Position numbers and translations under genes: made by a program. From contig NC_058368.1 in NCBI RefSeq assembly GCF_018350175.1, positions 5,208,001-5,272,000 on the forward strand: DNA of 64,000 nt. Direction: 5' to 3'. The DNA comes from Felis catus (taxonomy: Eukaryota). Positions 26,150 to 37,600 of this stretch are shown here, piece after piece; within the stretch, counting starts at the first letter, position 1, and every line of letters begins with the position of its first letter. Below the pieces are notes generated by a model. It ran no database searches and was not told the origin of the DNA. It saw only the letters and a program-made list of their open reading frames with translations.

Positions 26150-26372
26150 TTGTTGCGGTTGATTTGCCGTTTCACTGTTTTTTTTGTTCCCTTCTCTATT
26201 TCTCTACTTTGTGTTTAATTTGCTGTTTCCAGTTCCTGAGGACCAAAGTGTAGCTCATTCATTCGAGACTTGTTTTCCTTTTCAACGTAACCATTTAAGG
26301 CTTCCTTCCATTGCCTCTAAGCCGCGGCACTCTATGTATCCAACGTCTGTCTTGTTTTTCTCATTTAACAGT
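26150..26372 (-). mobile_element. Old L1M ORF2 5' fragment (piece 1)
   Basis: tactttgtgtttaatttgctgtttccagttcctgagg...agctcattcattcgagac...catttaaggc...cctctaagc resembles the antisense L1M endonuclease region. Confidence 0.7.
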
Positions 26373-26599
26373 CTCTCCTTCTACCATCACTGCCACCGGC
26401 CGGCTTCAGACCCTCTCTCCGTGCTCAGGATTCCTTAATCTCTGGTCTGGATTGGACTTCAACCTCTGTGTACGAATGCCTGAGTGTATACCAAAGATTT
26501 CCCCCTGAAGGCTTTACGGCAACTACAAATTGACCCGTCTACACAGCAAAAGCCCAACAACAAATTTCCTCTTCTTTCTCCTTCATGCTTTCCCCCCTT

Positions 26600-27470
26600 T
26601 GCATCCTTTTCACCCATGCAGACACGCAGACTCATTCTTTCCACTGTGGTTGATGGTGTCCCTTTGACCGCTCCTGCCTCAACCCGGTCCTTCCTGGCCC
26701 TACTTTTCCTCTTTCAGATGTTCCTTCCAATGTGTCCAGTGACTTAGTGGTGTTCCAGGATTCTCTGCTGACTTCAGTTCTGCCGCTGCCTCCTTCAGGC
26801 CACCGTCTCTTGCATGGTGGGTCTCCACGCGATTTAACCTGTCCCTTACCTTCCGCGTGCTCCCCAGGATTCAATCTTCTCCATCTCCGACCCGAGCAGG
26901 GTGGCCTCGCTCAACGTCGGCAAGCCTGGTCACACCTCTCACTCCTCGTCTTCGGTTATTTCCTCACCTCTCAGAGGGCTTATGGTGTCCAGCCTACGTC
27001 ACATGGATTTCGAGGCCCTGCAGATTTGGGTTTCTACTTCCTCTTCCTGCCACGCGTGGCACGTACCTGCGTCCTGGCTGCGTGGATCGTCTTGAAGCCT
27101 CCAGAACAGAATGTTGCATGTTGGTTACTGCCTTGGAGAGATTACGTATGTTGTTGCCCTTACCCAGAATGTCTTATTGCAGGCTCTCTGTTCGTCGTCT
27201 TTAAACATGGGCCTGTTTTTCCCTCTGAGACCTCTCGTATTGCCCTCCTTTGCCTTGGTTAGGAGGCCACCTGACATGCTTCCGCGGACCGTGGCACCTG
27301 AGCCCCTTGTACGCTTGATGTTGTCTTTGGACATCACTTGTGTACAGGTCTCCTTTGACCTTGAGCTGGGGGATCCAGGAAGGGCGGTGCCCGTCTCCTT
27401 TATCTTTGCCCTAAGTGCCCGCATTGCTCTGAGCACAAGCGGTCACTAGTGACGTTGGCGGGACCGAGGT
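26600..27470 (+). mobile_element. L2 remnant, GC/CpG-enriched
   Basis: catggatttcgaggccctgcagatttgg and a 3'-end motif ...gtctcctttatctttg...gagcacaagcggtcactagtgacgttgg. Confidence 0.5.
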
Positions 27471-27789
27471 TTGCTGACTTCAGTCAAGGATTTAAAAATT
27501 TTCTGCCGCCTGAAATATACATCTTCATGTATTGATGGAACTCTCACTCTGCTCCTTAAATAAGACCGTATAAGAGAAAGACAATTTAAGTTCTCAAATG
27601 GGCCACGCAAAGGTTATAGAGGAGGACTGTGCTCGGCGAGGAAGGCTCACGTAAAAAATGGGTGGGGGTGGGGAGGGGGGGAGCACGAGCGTGGCTGGTG
27701 GATTTAGTGGAAGCCCGCCCAAGTGGATGTGATGGGCCAAGACTGTGGGATGGTCTGGAGAGGTACGCTCCCTGGAGAACCGTCTGTGG

Positions 27790-27905
27790 GCTTTCGAGTC
27801 GGCAGGGACGAGGAGCTTGGGTTCGGATTTCCTCCCCAGCTCCAGCAGCTATGGAGATCTTGAACAAGTTAACTAACTTATAAGATTCCCGTGTGTAAAA
27901 TGAAT
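27790..27905 (+). mobile_element. MIR remnant
   Basis: gctttcgagtcggcag...cttgggttcggatt...agctatggagatcttgaacaagttaactaactt resembles the MIR core. Confidence 0.6.
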
Positions 27906-28752
27906 TTCACGCCTACCTCCTGGAGTTGCTATCGATGAACAACATGTGCTCCAGATGTCGGTGTTGGTATTACTCATACTTTGGTTTCTCCTCTGTTCTG
28001 GCCGGCCTGCCTCCTCTTTCTTTTTCCGCCCTCGTCCGCGTGTCCACGCCTCCCCTCCTCCTGGCCACTCACAGAGAGACGAGCTTGGCAGTTTCTAAAG
28101 GCCTCCTTCATCACTCACGGTGCTCACAAGCCAAGGCGATATATTTTTGCATACCTCCCTTACCTTTCACCGACAAAATCCCAAGAAAAATGAGGGAAGC
28201 AGTTGTTGTGACTATTTTCGGGCATCTCAGACCACTGCCCTGCCTCCTGGCCCCACACTAGAGCTTTATTTTCATTCAGTTCAAAATATTTCCTGCGTTC
28301 TCTTCCAGTCTCTTCTTTTACCTACGGGTTAGAAGTGTGTTTAATTTTCAAACGTTTAGGTGTTTTTCAAAGAGCTTTCCACTGTTTCTGCTCATGGTCA
28401 GGACGTATTTGTATCATTTCAACCCCTTTAAATGTGTTGAGACTTGTATAGATGGCAGTTCACCATGTCGAATGGCCTGTGCGTATTTCTCCTTTGCTGG
28501 GTAGAACGTTCTCTAAGTGTTGTCAGATTGCTTTATAGTGTTGTTCGTATCCTGTATTTCACTATTGATTTTCTTTCTTTGTTGTATCAGCTACTGAGAA
28601 GTATTGTAGTCTCCAATATAGTTGTGGCATTGTCTATTTCTGCTTGCAGGTCTAAGGGTTTTGCTTCATAGATCTGTTATTAGATGCATAAATGTTTAGG
28701 ACTAAGTCCTCTTGGTGAATTGATGTTTTTATGATTATGAAAGGTGCCTTTT

Positions 28753-28975
28753 TTTATTTTTTATTTTTATTTTTTTAATGTTTGTTTATTTTTGAGAGAG
28801 AGAGAGAGCGAGCACCAGGGAGGGGCAGAGAGAGAGGAAGACACAGAATCTGAAGCAGGCTCCAGGCTCCGAGCTGTCAGCACAGAACCCGATGCAGGAC
28901 TTGAACTCACGAACCGTGAGATCATGACGTGAGCCAAAGTTGGGTGCTTAACCGAATGGGCCACCCGGGCACCCC
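28753..28975 (-). mobile_element. CanSINE (nest, left)
   Basis: Flanked by aggtgccttttt. Confidence 0.93.
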
Positions 28976-29006
28976 AACAGGTGCCTTTTTAAAAATGTTT
29001 ATTTAT

Positions 29007-29227
29007 GGGGCGCCTGGGTGGCGCAGTCGGTTAAGCGTCCGACTTCAGCCAGGTCACGATCTCGCGGTCCGTGAGTTCGAGCCCCGCGTCAGGCTCTGGG
29101 CTGATGGCTCGGAGCCTGGAGCCTGTTTCTGATTCTGTGTCTCCCTCTCTCTCTGCCCCTCCCCTGTTCATGCTCTGTCTCTCTCTGTCCCAAAAAAAAT
29201 AAATAAACGTTGAAAAAAAATTAAAAC
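29007..29227 (+). mobile_element. CanSINE, young SINEC_Fc copy nested in the tail of another SINE
   Basis: Perfect TSD aaaatgtttatttat at 28992-29006 and 29228-29242. Confidence 0.96.
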
Positions 29228-29431
29228 AAAATGTTTATTTATTTTTGAGAGAGAGAGACAGAGACAGAGACAGAGTGTGAGTGAGGGAGGGGCAAAGGGA
29301 GAGGGAGACACAGAATCCCAAGCAGGCTCCAGGCTCAGAGCAGTCAACACGGAGCCCGATGCCAGGCTCAAACCCATGAAGAATGAGATCATGAAGTCAG
29401 ATGCTTAACCGACTGAGCCACCCAGGTGCCC
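29228..29431 (-). mobile_element. CanSINE (nest, right; host)
   Basis: Reverse head ...ccacccaggtgccc followed by tgaaaggtacctttt. Confidence 0.92.
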
Positions 29432-30248
29432 TGAAAGGTACCTTTTACCCTGATAATACTCTAGTTCTAAAAATCTATTTTTACTGATACTGTGACACTT
29501 ACTCTAGGTTTCTTTCGGTGGTCTGCTTCATATCATTTTCCATTTCCCATTGAACCTATCTGTGTTTTCTATTTAAAGTGGATTTCTTGCAGATTGAATA
29601 AAAAAGATCCAACTAGAGGCCATCTGACAATTGAATAAATTGAAATACGTGGCCCACTCACAATGAATGTAGTTATCACTGTGGTTACATTTAGGTCGGT
29701 CATCTTCTTGCTTTCTACTTCTCTAGCCTCTTCTTTGCTCTTTACTTTCCTCTCCTGTTGCTTTTAAAAAAAAAGTGTTAACTGTGCATTTTATGTATTC
29801 TGTTTTATCTCCACTCTGGGTTTATTAGCTGTAGTTCTTTGTTTGATATTTTTAGGGGTTGTTTCAGGATTTCCTATGCGCATCTTTTCACTCGTTGCTT
29901 TCTATAAAATAACAATGTAGTGTTTTACGTCTAGTTCAAGAAGCTTATTACACAGTATGTTTTTATTCACTCCCCTCTGTCTGTTGCACTGTCCATTTAG
30001 TTCTAAGTATAATTCCCACAATACACTTGTATGCTACCAAATAATTTTTAAAAGATTTTAAAGGAAGTATCTCACTTGCCTGTATATTTCCAGCTTTAGG
30101 CCTTCCTTGTTTTTGTGTGGGATTGTTTTCTAATAGTCTTCTACTTTAGCCTACAGAACTTCCTTGAACTTGCAGTACATAAATTCTGCCAGCTTTGGCC
30201 TCTATGAAAAAAACCTTTTTCACCTTCACTGTTGAAAGATTTTATTGA

Positions 30249-30474
30249 GGGGCGCCTGGGTGGCTCAGTCGGTTGGGCGGCCGACTTCGGCTCAGGTCAC
30301 GATCTCGCGGTCCGTGAGTTCGAGCCCCGCGTCGGGCTCTGGGCTGATGGCTCAGAGCCTGGAGTCTTCTTCCGATTCTGTGTCTCCCTCTTTCTCTGCC
30401 CCTCCCCCGTTCATGCTCTGTCTCTCTCTGTCTCAAAAATAAATAAACGTTAAAAAAAAGTTAAAAAAAAAAAA
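30249..30474 (+). mobile_element. CanSINE
   Basis: TSD core attttattga. Confidence 0.95.
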
Positions 30475-30562
30475 GAAATATTTTATTGATAGGGAATCCA
30501 AAATTAACATTTAAAAAAACCCCTCAAAGGTGTTCTGTGTTCTTTGGACTTTCATCATTTCT

Positions 30563-30797
30563 TTTTCTTTTTTTTTTTTTTTAATTTTTTTTTTCAACGT
30601 TTACTTATTTTTGGGACAGAGAGAGACAGAGCATGAACGGGGGAGGGGCAGAGAGAGAGGGAGACACAGAATCGGAAACAGGCTCCAGGCTCTGAGCCAT
30701 CAGCCCAGAGCCTGACGCGGGGCTCGAACTCATGGACCGCGAGATCGTGACCTGGCTGAAGTCGGACACTTAACCGACTGCGCCACCCAGGCGCCCC
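30563..30797 (-). mobile_element. CanSINE, young SINEC_Fc copy
   Basis: Perfect TSD tggactttcatcatttct at 30545-30562 and 30798-30815. Confidence 0.96.
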
Positions 30798-33508
30798 TGG
30801 ACTTTCATCATTTCTAATGAAGAGTCTGAGAAAGTTCTTATCTTCTTCAATATGCACTATGTCTTTCCCAGGCTGACATATTTTTTGTTAGTCCTGGTTT
30901 TGTCATTTGCCTATCTTATGCCTTGATATGTTTTCGTTTGACCCGCTTGGGGTTCATTGAGCTTCTGGACATTCTGGGTTTATAGTTTTCATTAATCTGA
31001 AATATTTTTCCTTTCCCTCCTTGCACCACCCCCATTTTTGTGTCTGGAACCCTAGCTATATATACTGTAGATCCCTGATATTGCCTCACAGGTCACTGAA
31101 GCTCTGTTGATATATGTTTCTCGGTGCTTTGGTTTGGATAGACCCTCAAATTCATGAATTCTTTGCACTGCAGTGCCGGATTGGATTTTAACTCCACCCA
31201 GCATCATTTTCATTTCAGATATTCTGGTATTCATCTCTAGAAGTTCTATTTGTTATATCTCATTTCTTATTGTATCTCCCCCCCCCCCCTTAAATCCTTG
31301 AACATATTGCATCTACTTATAGCAGTTATTTTTTTAACACCTTTGTGTAGTAATTCTACATTGTTCTCACTTATGGGTCTGTTTCCATTACTGAGTTATT
31401 TTCTGAGTATGGATCCTTTGTTCCATACAGGTTTTCTGTTTCTTTCATGTCTGGTGATTTTTGACCAAATATGGTACATTGTGAACTGAGAGCTAGATTT
31501 TAATTCCTGTCAGGAGTTTTGGACTTTGTTCTGCTTAGTTACTTGTAGATTAATTTGATCCTATTTGAGTAGTTTTGAAGCTATTATGCAGGGGGTCTAG
31601 AGTAGCTTTTCTTATAGGTCTCTAGTCTCACAGCTAAGACACGATTCCCAGTGTAGTCAGTGAGGCCTCTCTACTTTGGTTCATGGCACCTCTGACAATT
31701 TCCTGGCTTTGTGTGAACTCTGGAAATTTCCCCTCTGACAGTTCCTTGGCAATTATTCTTTCCCTGGCCTTGATGAGTTTTGCCATATGTATGTGCAGAT
31801 TGGAAATTAGCCAAAGGTTCAAGGTGACCCTTTTGCAAATTTCTGGAGCTTCTGTTTTGCCTAGTTCCCCGCTTCTACTGCCCTATAAATTTCCTTCTCT
31901 GCCCTGTAAATTCTCAGCATTTTGGCCTCCTCACACTGCGATCTTTGTCTCCTCAATTTAGTGAGGTTGTGAGGTTTTCGTCTGGGTTCTCTGCTCACTG
32001 CACTTTGGTCCAGAATTTGTTTTCAGGTAGAAAGATATCATAGGGTTCACCTTGTTTCTCTTCTCTCCAGGATTACTTATACAGCCTGTCACTTGATATC
32101 AGAAAATAATTTTTTTCCCCTATATTTTCTCCAGTTTTCTGATCGTTTAGTGGGAGGGTGCTAGTCTAGACCTCCTTATACCCCCCGTGGTCAAAAATAG
32201 AAATCCCAATTGGTCTATTTTAAACTTTCAATTTGTGAGATACGATAATCTCAATTTGTATTCGGGAATTGATGTGTCCTTTTTGTCTTCCAAATTAGCT
32301 CAGACTTGTGGGCTTACCATGGTACGGTTTGAGGGAGCCGACTGCTTGGACACCCTCTAACTTGAGTTGTTCTTACGGCAGTGGGAAGTCACATCATACC
32401 AAAAACATAGACCTCATGCTGTGTTCAGTTTTCAAAATCTCAATGTAGTGTTTATACAAGACAGAGGATAGCCGTCACCCTTTTAAACAAATACATCCTC
32501 ATGAATGTAAGAGGTCCGTGAGTTTGCATTGGAGAACTTAGCGGAAGCTCTCAGCCTAGCATAAGCGGTAGTCACACAAGTGACTATTGTGACACGAGGT
32601 ATGGACACTTACCGCTGGCACCTTCCCTGTTGGGGGCAGTAAGAGGATGTTACTTTCTGTTCTTTGTGTGCCACGGGGCATCGTCTTGATTTTTTCTTTT
32701 CCCACTGGATTCTATTCAGGTGCTTTTCTTTCCTTATAATCTTATGGCTGGTTTTTATGTCCACTTGGCTGTGACATTTTTGTATAAATCAACTATCAAT
32801 ATAATATGCTTGAAAAGGAGGCTCTTGTAGATTGACATGCTATTTGTTTTAAGTATGTAATAATAATTCACTGGCTATAAATGCACGTATAGGCACGGAT
32901 GTCTTTAAGATCTACTACTGTATTTTGTTTTAAACATTTTATATTTTTAGGAAGATACCAAATAATTAAAATGGCAAACATTTCTTTAGTTTTATCAGGA
33001 GATATTAAATGAAGTGTTTAAAGTTGCTCAAAAATGCAGTTTTGAGAAATTAACAGTCTTGAAAAACATTTACCGAAACATAACAGGAAATTTTGGGATT
33101 GAATAAATTTGGGCAAAACATCAGGACCCATAGGAAAGTGTTACACAGACTTTTCTTAATGAGTCAAAATAGTGATTGTGAACATTAGTGATTATTTGGT
33201 ATTTATTTAGTCTTCCTTGTCTCTGTGGCTGGGGTTTTCGGGCTATGCTCACTCTCTAACCTATGGCCTCAGGGTTGCTGTGCTTGGTACATGTGTGGGG
33301 CCTGTCTAGTTCTGTGCCCTTCCTTGCTGTGAATTTTCACTTCTGACTGACCAGTGTGACTGACTGTAACGATTTTTTTTTCCTCTGATTGTCTCTAATC
33401 TGAGATAAGGGAATGTCTAGTTTGTTAATCTTACTAGAAACAAGGATAACCAAAATGTGTGCTGACCTTTAAGGCAGGACTAAGGTTCTTTTATAAGAAA
33501 ACTGTTTT

Positions 33509-33724
33509 GGGGTGCCTGGGTGGCGCAGTCGGTTGAGCGTCCTACTTCAGCCAGGTCATGATCTCGCGGTCTGTGAGTTCGAGCCCCGCGTCAGGCTCTG
33601 GGCTGATGGCTCGGAGCCTGGAGCCTGTTTCTGATTCTGTGTCTCCCTCTCTCTCTGCCCCTCCCCCGTTCATGCTCTGTCTCTCTCTGTCCCAAAAATA
33701 AATAAACGTTGAAAAAAAAAAAAA
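33509..33724 (+). mobile_element. CanSINE, young SINEC_Fc copy
   Basis: TSD aagaaaactgtttt. Confidence 0.96.
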
Positions 33725-34033
33725 AAGAAAACTGTTTTGATTTTGGTGAAAAACTCTAACATCAACTTGGGTTTCTCTATAAGGCATTTTGGTCCCTACA
33801 TCACAGCTGGAGGGGTGTTTGCCAACAGGCTAAGTTATATGGCTAGGAAAGGGCTAGTGCTCAGCTTTCGGATGCAGTGATTTTGGGTACAGATCTGTCG
33901 TCCCTGTTAAATATTCCTTAAGCTGATATTGAAATTACTTTTCCTCTTTGAGATACAAGTTGAGTCTGAGGGGTGGGGAGGGCTGTGGGATACGTTGACA
34001 GGTAAGAAAATAATGAAATAACAACTGCTAAGC

Positions 34034-34290
34034 CAGTGCTGTAAAATAGAAATTTAACTGAGCATATTTGTACTTTAACAGTGTATTTCATTTAATTCCG
34101 AATATCCCAAATGTTATTTCAGCATGTAGTCAATATACAAAATTGACACCATTTACTTCCTTTTTAAAATACAAAATAATAAAAGTCTGCTGTGTATTTT
34201 CCACTTATAGCATATTTTGAGTCTGACTAGCCATATTTCAAGCACTCAGTGGTCACATGTGGCTAGTGGCTACCATATTGGACAGCACAG
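34034..34290 (+). mobile_element. MER33-like hAT-Charlie MITE
   Basis: cagtgctgt...aatagaaat ... tgtgtattttccacttatagca...gactagccatatttcaag...cacatgtggctagtggctaccatattggacagcacag, with terminal inverted repeats. Confidence 0.85.
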
Positions 34291-35437
34291 CGTTAGTCTT
34301 TGGTTGTTATCTGATCAACGTTCTTATGATTCAGAATTTATACGTGCACACACAAATTGGGATCTGAGGAAAGTGTTCAGAAATGCCATTTTAATGCACT
34401 TTGGATAGCTATAATGAAATAATCTTTGGTTTTTTGGTTATTCGTAATTATCAGTACTCTAGTCGGGGTGTTTATACCTGTTGCGGGAATTAACGAGATG
34501 TTTGTGATGCGGTGCCTCTCAATAAAAACTTGAGGGCGACATTAAATGTAGTAAACATTTTCAACATGAACTGTGAACAGCACAGTAGGTAGAGAAGAGT
34601 TTATCAGGTTAGTTAATGTGCAAGTGATTTTTTTTTTTTTTTTGGTCGAGGAAAATGGGGGATTTAACCAGAATTCTAAGGTATGGGAGTAATATGGTTA
34701 GAAGGGAAAGGCGGACATGTGGAAGGTCCTTGCGATCCAAGACGCAAAATCGACATTCTAAGTGGACCAGCTTAGAAGAATTCCTGGTTGGAATATAAAA
34801 TAAGAAAATACAGAGAAGTCCTTGGGAATGATAACCCTTGACAAAAAGGGAGTTACAGGAGCTGATGTGTAGATATTTAGCAAGTGCTCTCATAGGATTG
34901 TGATGTTTTTGTTTGACTACAGCCACATCACTTAATAGAATCTTTAAATTAAACACTTTATAAGAACAAAGTTATCTTTGGTACCTATATCCAGCACCTC
35001 TAAGGAGAGCGTATCAGTGATTGGGGTCGGGAAGATGGAGAGATTTGTTCTTGGATTTCGTCAAGTTGGAGGTGGATTTAGGACTTTGGATTAGACTTGA
35101 GTTAACACCTGGCGTGGCTGCTGCGACGGTGACTGTTGCATTAACAATGTCAGTGTTGGGTGTGCGGACTTTCCGTAGAGTCGGTAGCTTTGTGTTGATC
35201 CTAAGGCTGAGTTTCTTACCTATGGGAACAGCCACTTGGCAGATGTGTGTTCGCACAGCAGCGGGGATGGTGACCACACTGATTCGGGCACACGGATTAT
35301 ATGGAGCGAGGCTCTCGTGACGATAAGTCCTTGTATGTTTCATGTAGTTACACTGTGTATCCCCTTCAAGGAATTATTTTTTGGGGGAATCGCTGTTAGT
35401 AAGTTTTATCTTCCTATAAAGCAGACTCAGTTGCTTC

Positions 35438-35652
35438 TTATTATTATTAAAAAAATTTTTTTAATGTTGATTTTTATTTTTGAGAGAGAGAGACAGAGCA
35501 CAAGTGGGGGAAGGGCAGAGAGAGGGAGACACAGGATCGGAAGCAGGCTCCAGGCTCCGAGCTGTCAGCACAGAGCCTGACACGGGGCTTGAACTCACCG
35601 ACTGTGAGATCATGACCTGAGCCGAAGTTGGACGCTTAACTGACTGAGCCAC
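35438..35652 (-). mobile_element. CanSINE, 5'-truncated by about 12 nt
   Basis: TSD ctcagttgctt; reverse head stops at gagccac. Confidence 0.9.
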
Positions 35653-36289
35653 CTCAGTTGCTTATTAGATCATTAGCTTTGCCTTGTGAATGTTTGCTCA
35701 ATGTTTTTTCAAATGTCTGATTTTAAGTTGTTCTCAAGGTGAGCATAAAATTGAAAACGGAAAGTAAATAGGTCTCATTTTGAAAGTTACTTAGGCCCAA
35801 CTAAGATGCTGATGGGCACTGTTCTAGCACATTTATTTTCAGAAATTATATTTTTAAAATCTCTTAGGGTAAGTTGTTCAACCTGGCTGGCCAAGTAACT
35901 TGAAACATGTGCAGCTTTGTCTCAATGTGGCTGCGTTTTCAAACCCTATTTTCTCATTCAGCATATTGTTTCATGTTGCCAGAACTTTGTGTTTTCCTAT
36001 ATTCTTAGGTTTGGGCCACATTTAGACATAGGTATTTGTTTTATGGTCCTCATGACTCTGATGGGTAATGCATGGTCTTCTGCATGTTCCAGAAATGCAG
36101 ATGCGTGCCGAGGCACCACTCAGAGGACCAGACCTTCCCTGGCCGCCTTGTGTGACTCAAACACACTTTCACGGCGTCATTGTGTTTACATTAAACGTAC
36201 ATGTTCGCTCAGGCCAATAATGTTCTATAAGTTCTTGGATGACTTTTTACTATTACAGAACATCTTTGCAAGACAATATTGTCTAAATT

Positions 36290-36520
36290 CAAAGCCTGAT
36301 CATGGAAGCAGACAGACCTAGCTCTGCCCTTTGGATATTATTCCCTTTGAGTTAAGTGAACTCCATCAGGTAGTTCGAAGTTTCTCAATTGCCTCATCTG
36401 TCAAAGGGTGTTGATGACCCTCCCGGGGTGGTTGTGAATTAAATGTGAGTCTGTGTGGAAAGCATCTGGCAGCTGGGGTGGGGGGGGAGGTCTTAGGAAA
36501 TGGAAGCTTAATTATTAGCA
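36290..36520 (+). mobile_element. MIR remnant
   Basis: agcagacagacctagctctgcc...ctcaattgcctcatctgtcaaa...gtggttgtgaattaaatg...tgtggaaagcatctggca. Confidence 0.6.
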
Positions 36521-36864
36521 TACAGTCACTAGTGTCTTTGATTTTATAGTATCCTCCTTATTTTATTATAGAACTTTGTAGTTTACTCACCCTTTTCAAA
36601 CCCAAGGTCTCAGTTTTAGCATTATAAAAGTATTAGGTAAAGTAGGTGTTATCTTCCTTGCTCAGATGAAGAAGTCAAGTCTCATAGAGTAAACTTTAAA
36701 TTGTAGGTAAAGCATTTGTGAAATCAGGAAAATGATGTTCAAAGCCTGGCTTACTGAAGGACAAAATGTTTACTTTTGTAAGCAATGATATGTATAATGT
36801 TGACATTGCCAGGTGATGAATGAACCTTAGCAACAGAGTTGAATATTTACTAAGACTTGTTAAA

Positions 36865-37600
36865 GCAGGTTGAATTCATTGAATCATTCAAACGGCAAGT
36901 ACCAAACACGTGTACCAGGCACCATAGGGAGAGCAGGGAACCTGAAAATCTTAGCTCATGGAGCTTACATTCTAGAGGGGTGGGCCGATGACCCATGGGT
37001 AAATAGTATTTACAAGAGTTATCACCGCTCTAAAGAAAAGAAGGCTGGATAGCAAATGACCAAAGGAAAGAGTTACTGTAGATGACACAGTTCCAGAAGA
37101 ACTCTTTGAAGATGGGACATTTGAGCAGAGACCCAAGACATAAGAAACCAGAGATGCGAAATTGTCGAAGAAGGCAGCTCCGGCTTAGGATAACCCCTAG
37201 GCGGGAGAAATAGTAGGAGCTAAGGAGCTGAGGTGGGGACAGCTAAGGAGCTGAGCTGGACATCTGTGAGGGACAGAAGAAAAGACCAGTGTGTCTGGAA
37301 TAGAGCCTTGTTAGTCTATGGTGGGGAGTTTGCTCTCTACTCAAAGTGTGGTGGAAAACCGTTCCACCAGATCTCGGGTTACATTTAAAAACAGGAGTCT
37401 GGCTCCTGTGTGAAAGGCGGGAGGAGGATGGGTTGGGAAGTTACTGCAGTGTCCGGGCGAGGAGGGGTTGATGATCTGGGGAGGCAGCAGCTGAAAGAGC
37501 GAGAGGCAGTCTGACTCAGGATCTGTTCAGGTTAGGAGCAGGGGTAGAACTGATGGGATCTCCCGACCAACTGGATGTGGGATTGAAAGACAAGTCGCAG
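36865..37600 (-). mobile_element. L2 remnant
   Basis: attcattgaatcattcaaac...tgtaccaggcacc...ctcatggagcttacattctag...gacatttgagcagagacc. Confidence 0.7.

Larger units (their letters stand above)
28264..32200 (-). mobile_element. Old L1M ORF2/ORF1/5' region (piece 2), fragmented and interrupted by five SINEs
   Basis: ttttcattcagttcaaaatattt...tagaagtgtgtttaattttc...tatttaaagtggatttcttgcaga...gcttggggttcattgagcttctggac; T-rich antisense L1. Confidence 0.75.

Noticed and set aside
26732..27262. 176-aa ORF within the block that splits the L1
   Set aside because: Non-ATG start and no recognisable homology; no poly-A or TSD to support a retrogene; better explained by GC-shifted L2 sequence.
34990..35013. 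RE1/REST-like half sites (tccagcacc-tctaa-ggagagcgt); also ggacagcg at 51123
   Set aside because: The spacer is not the canonical 2 bp, and the second site lacks a left half; too weak to call.
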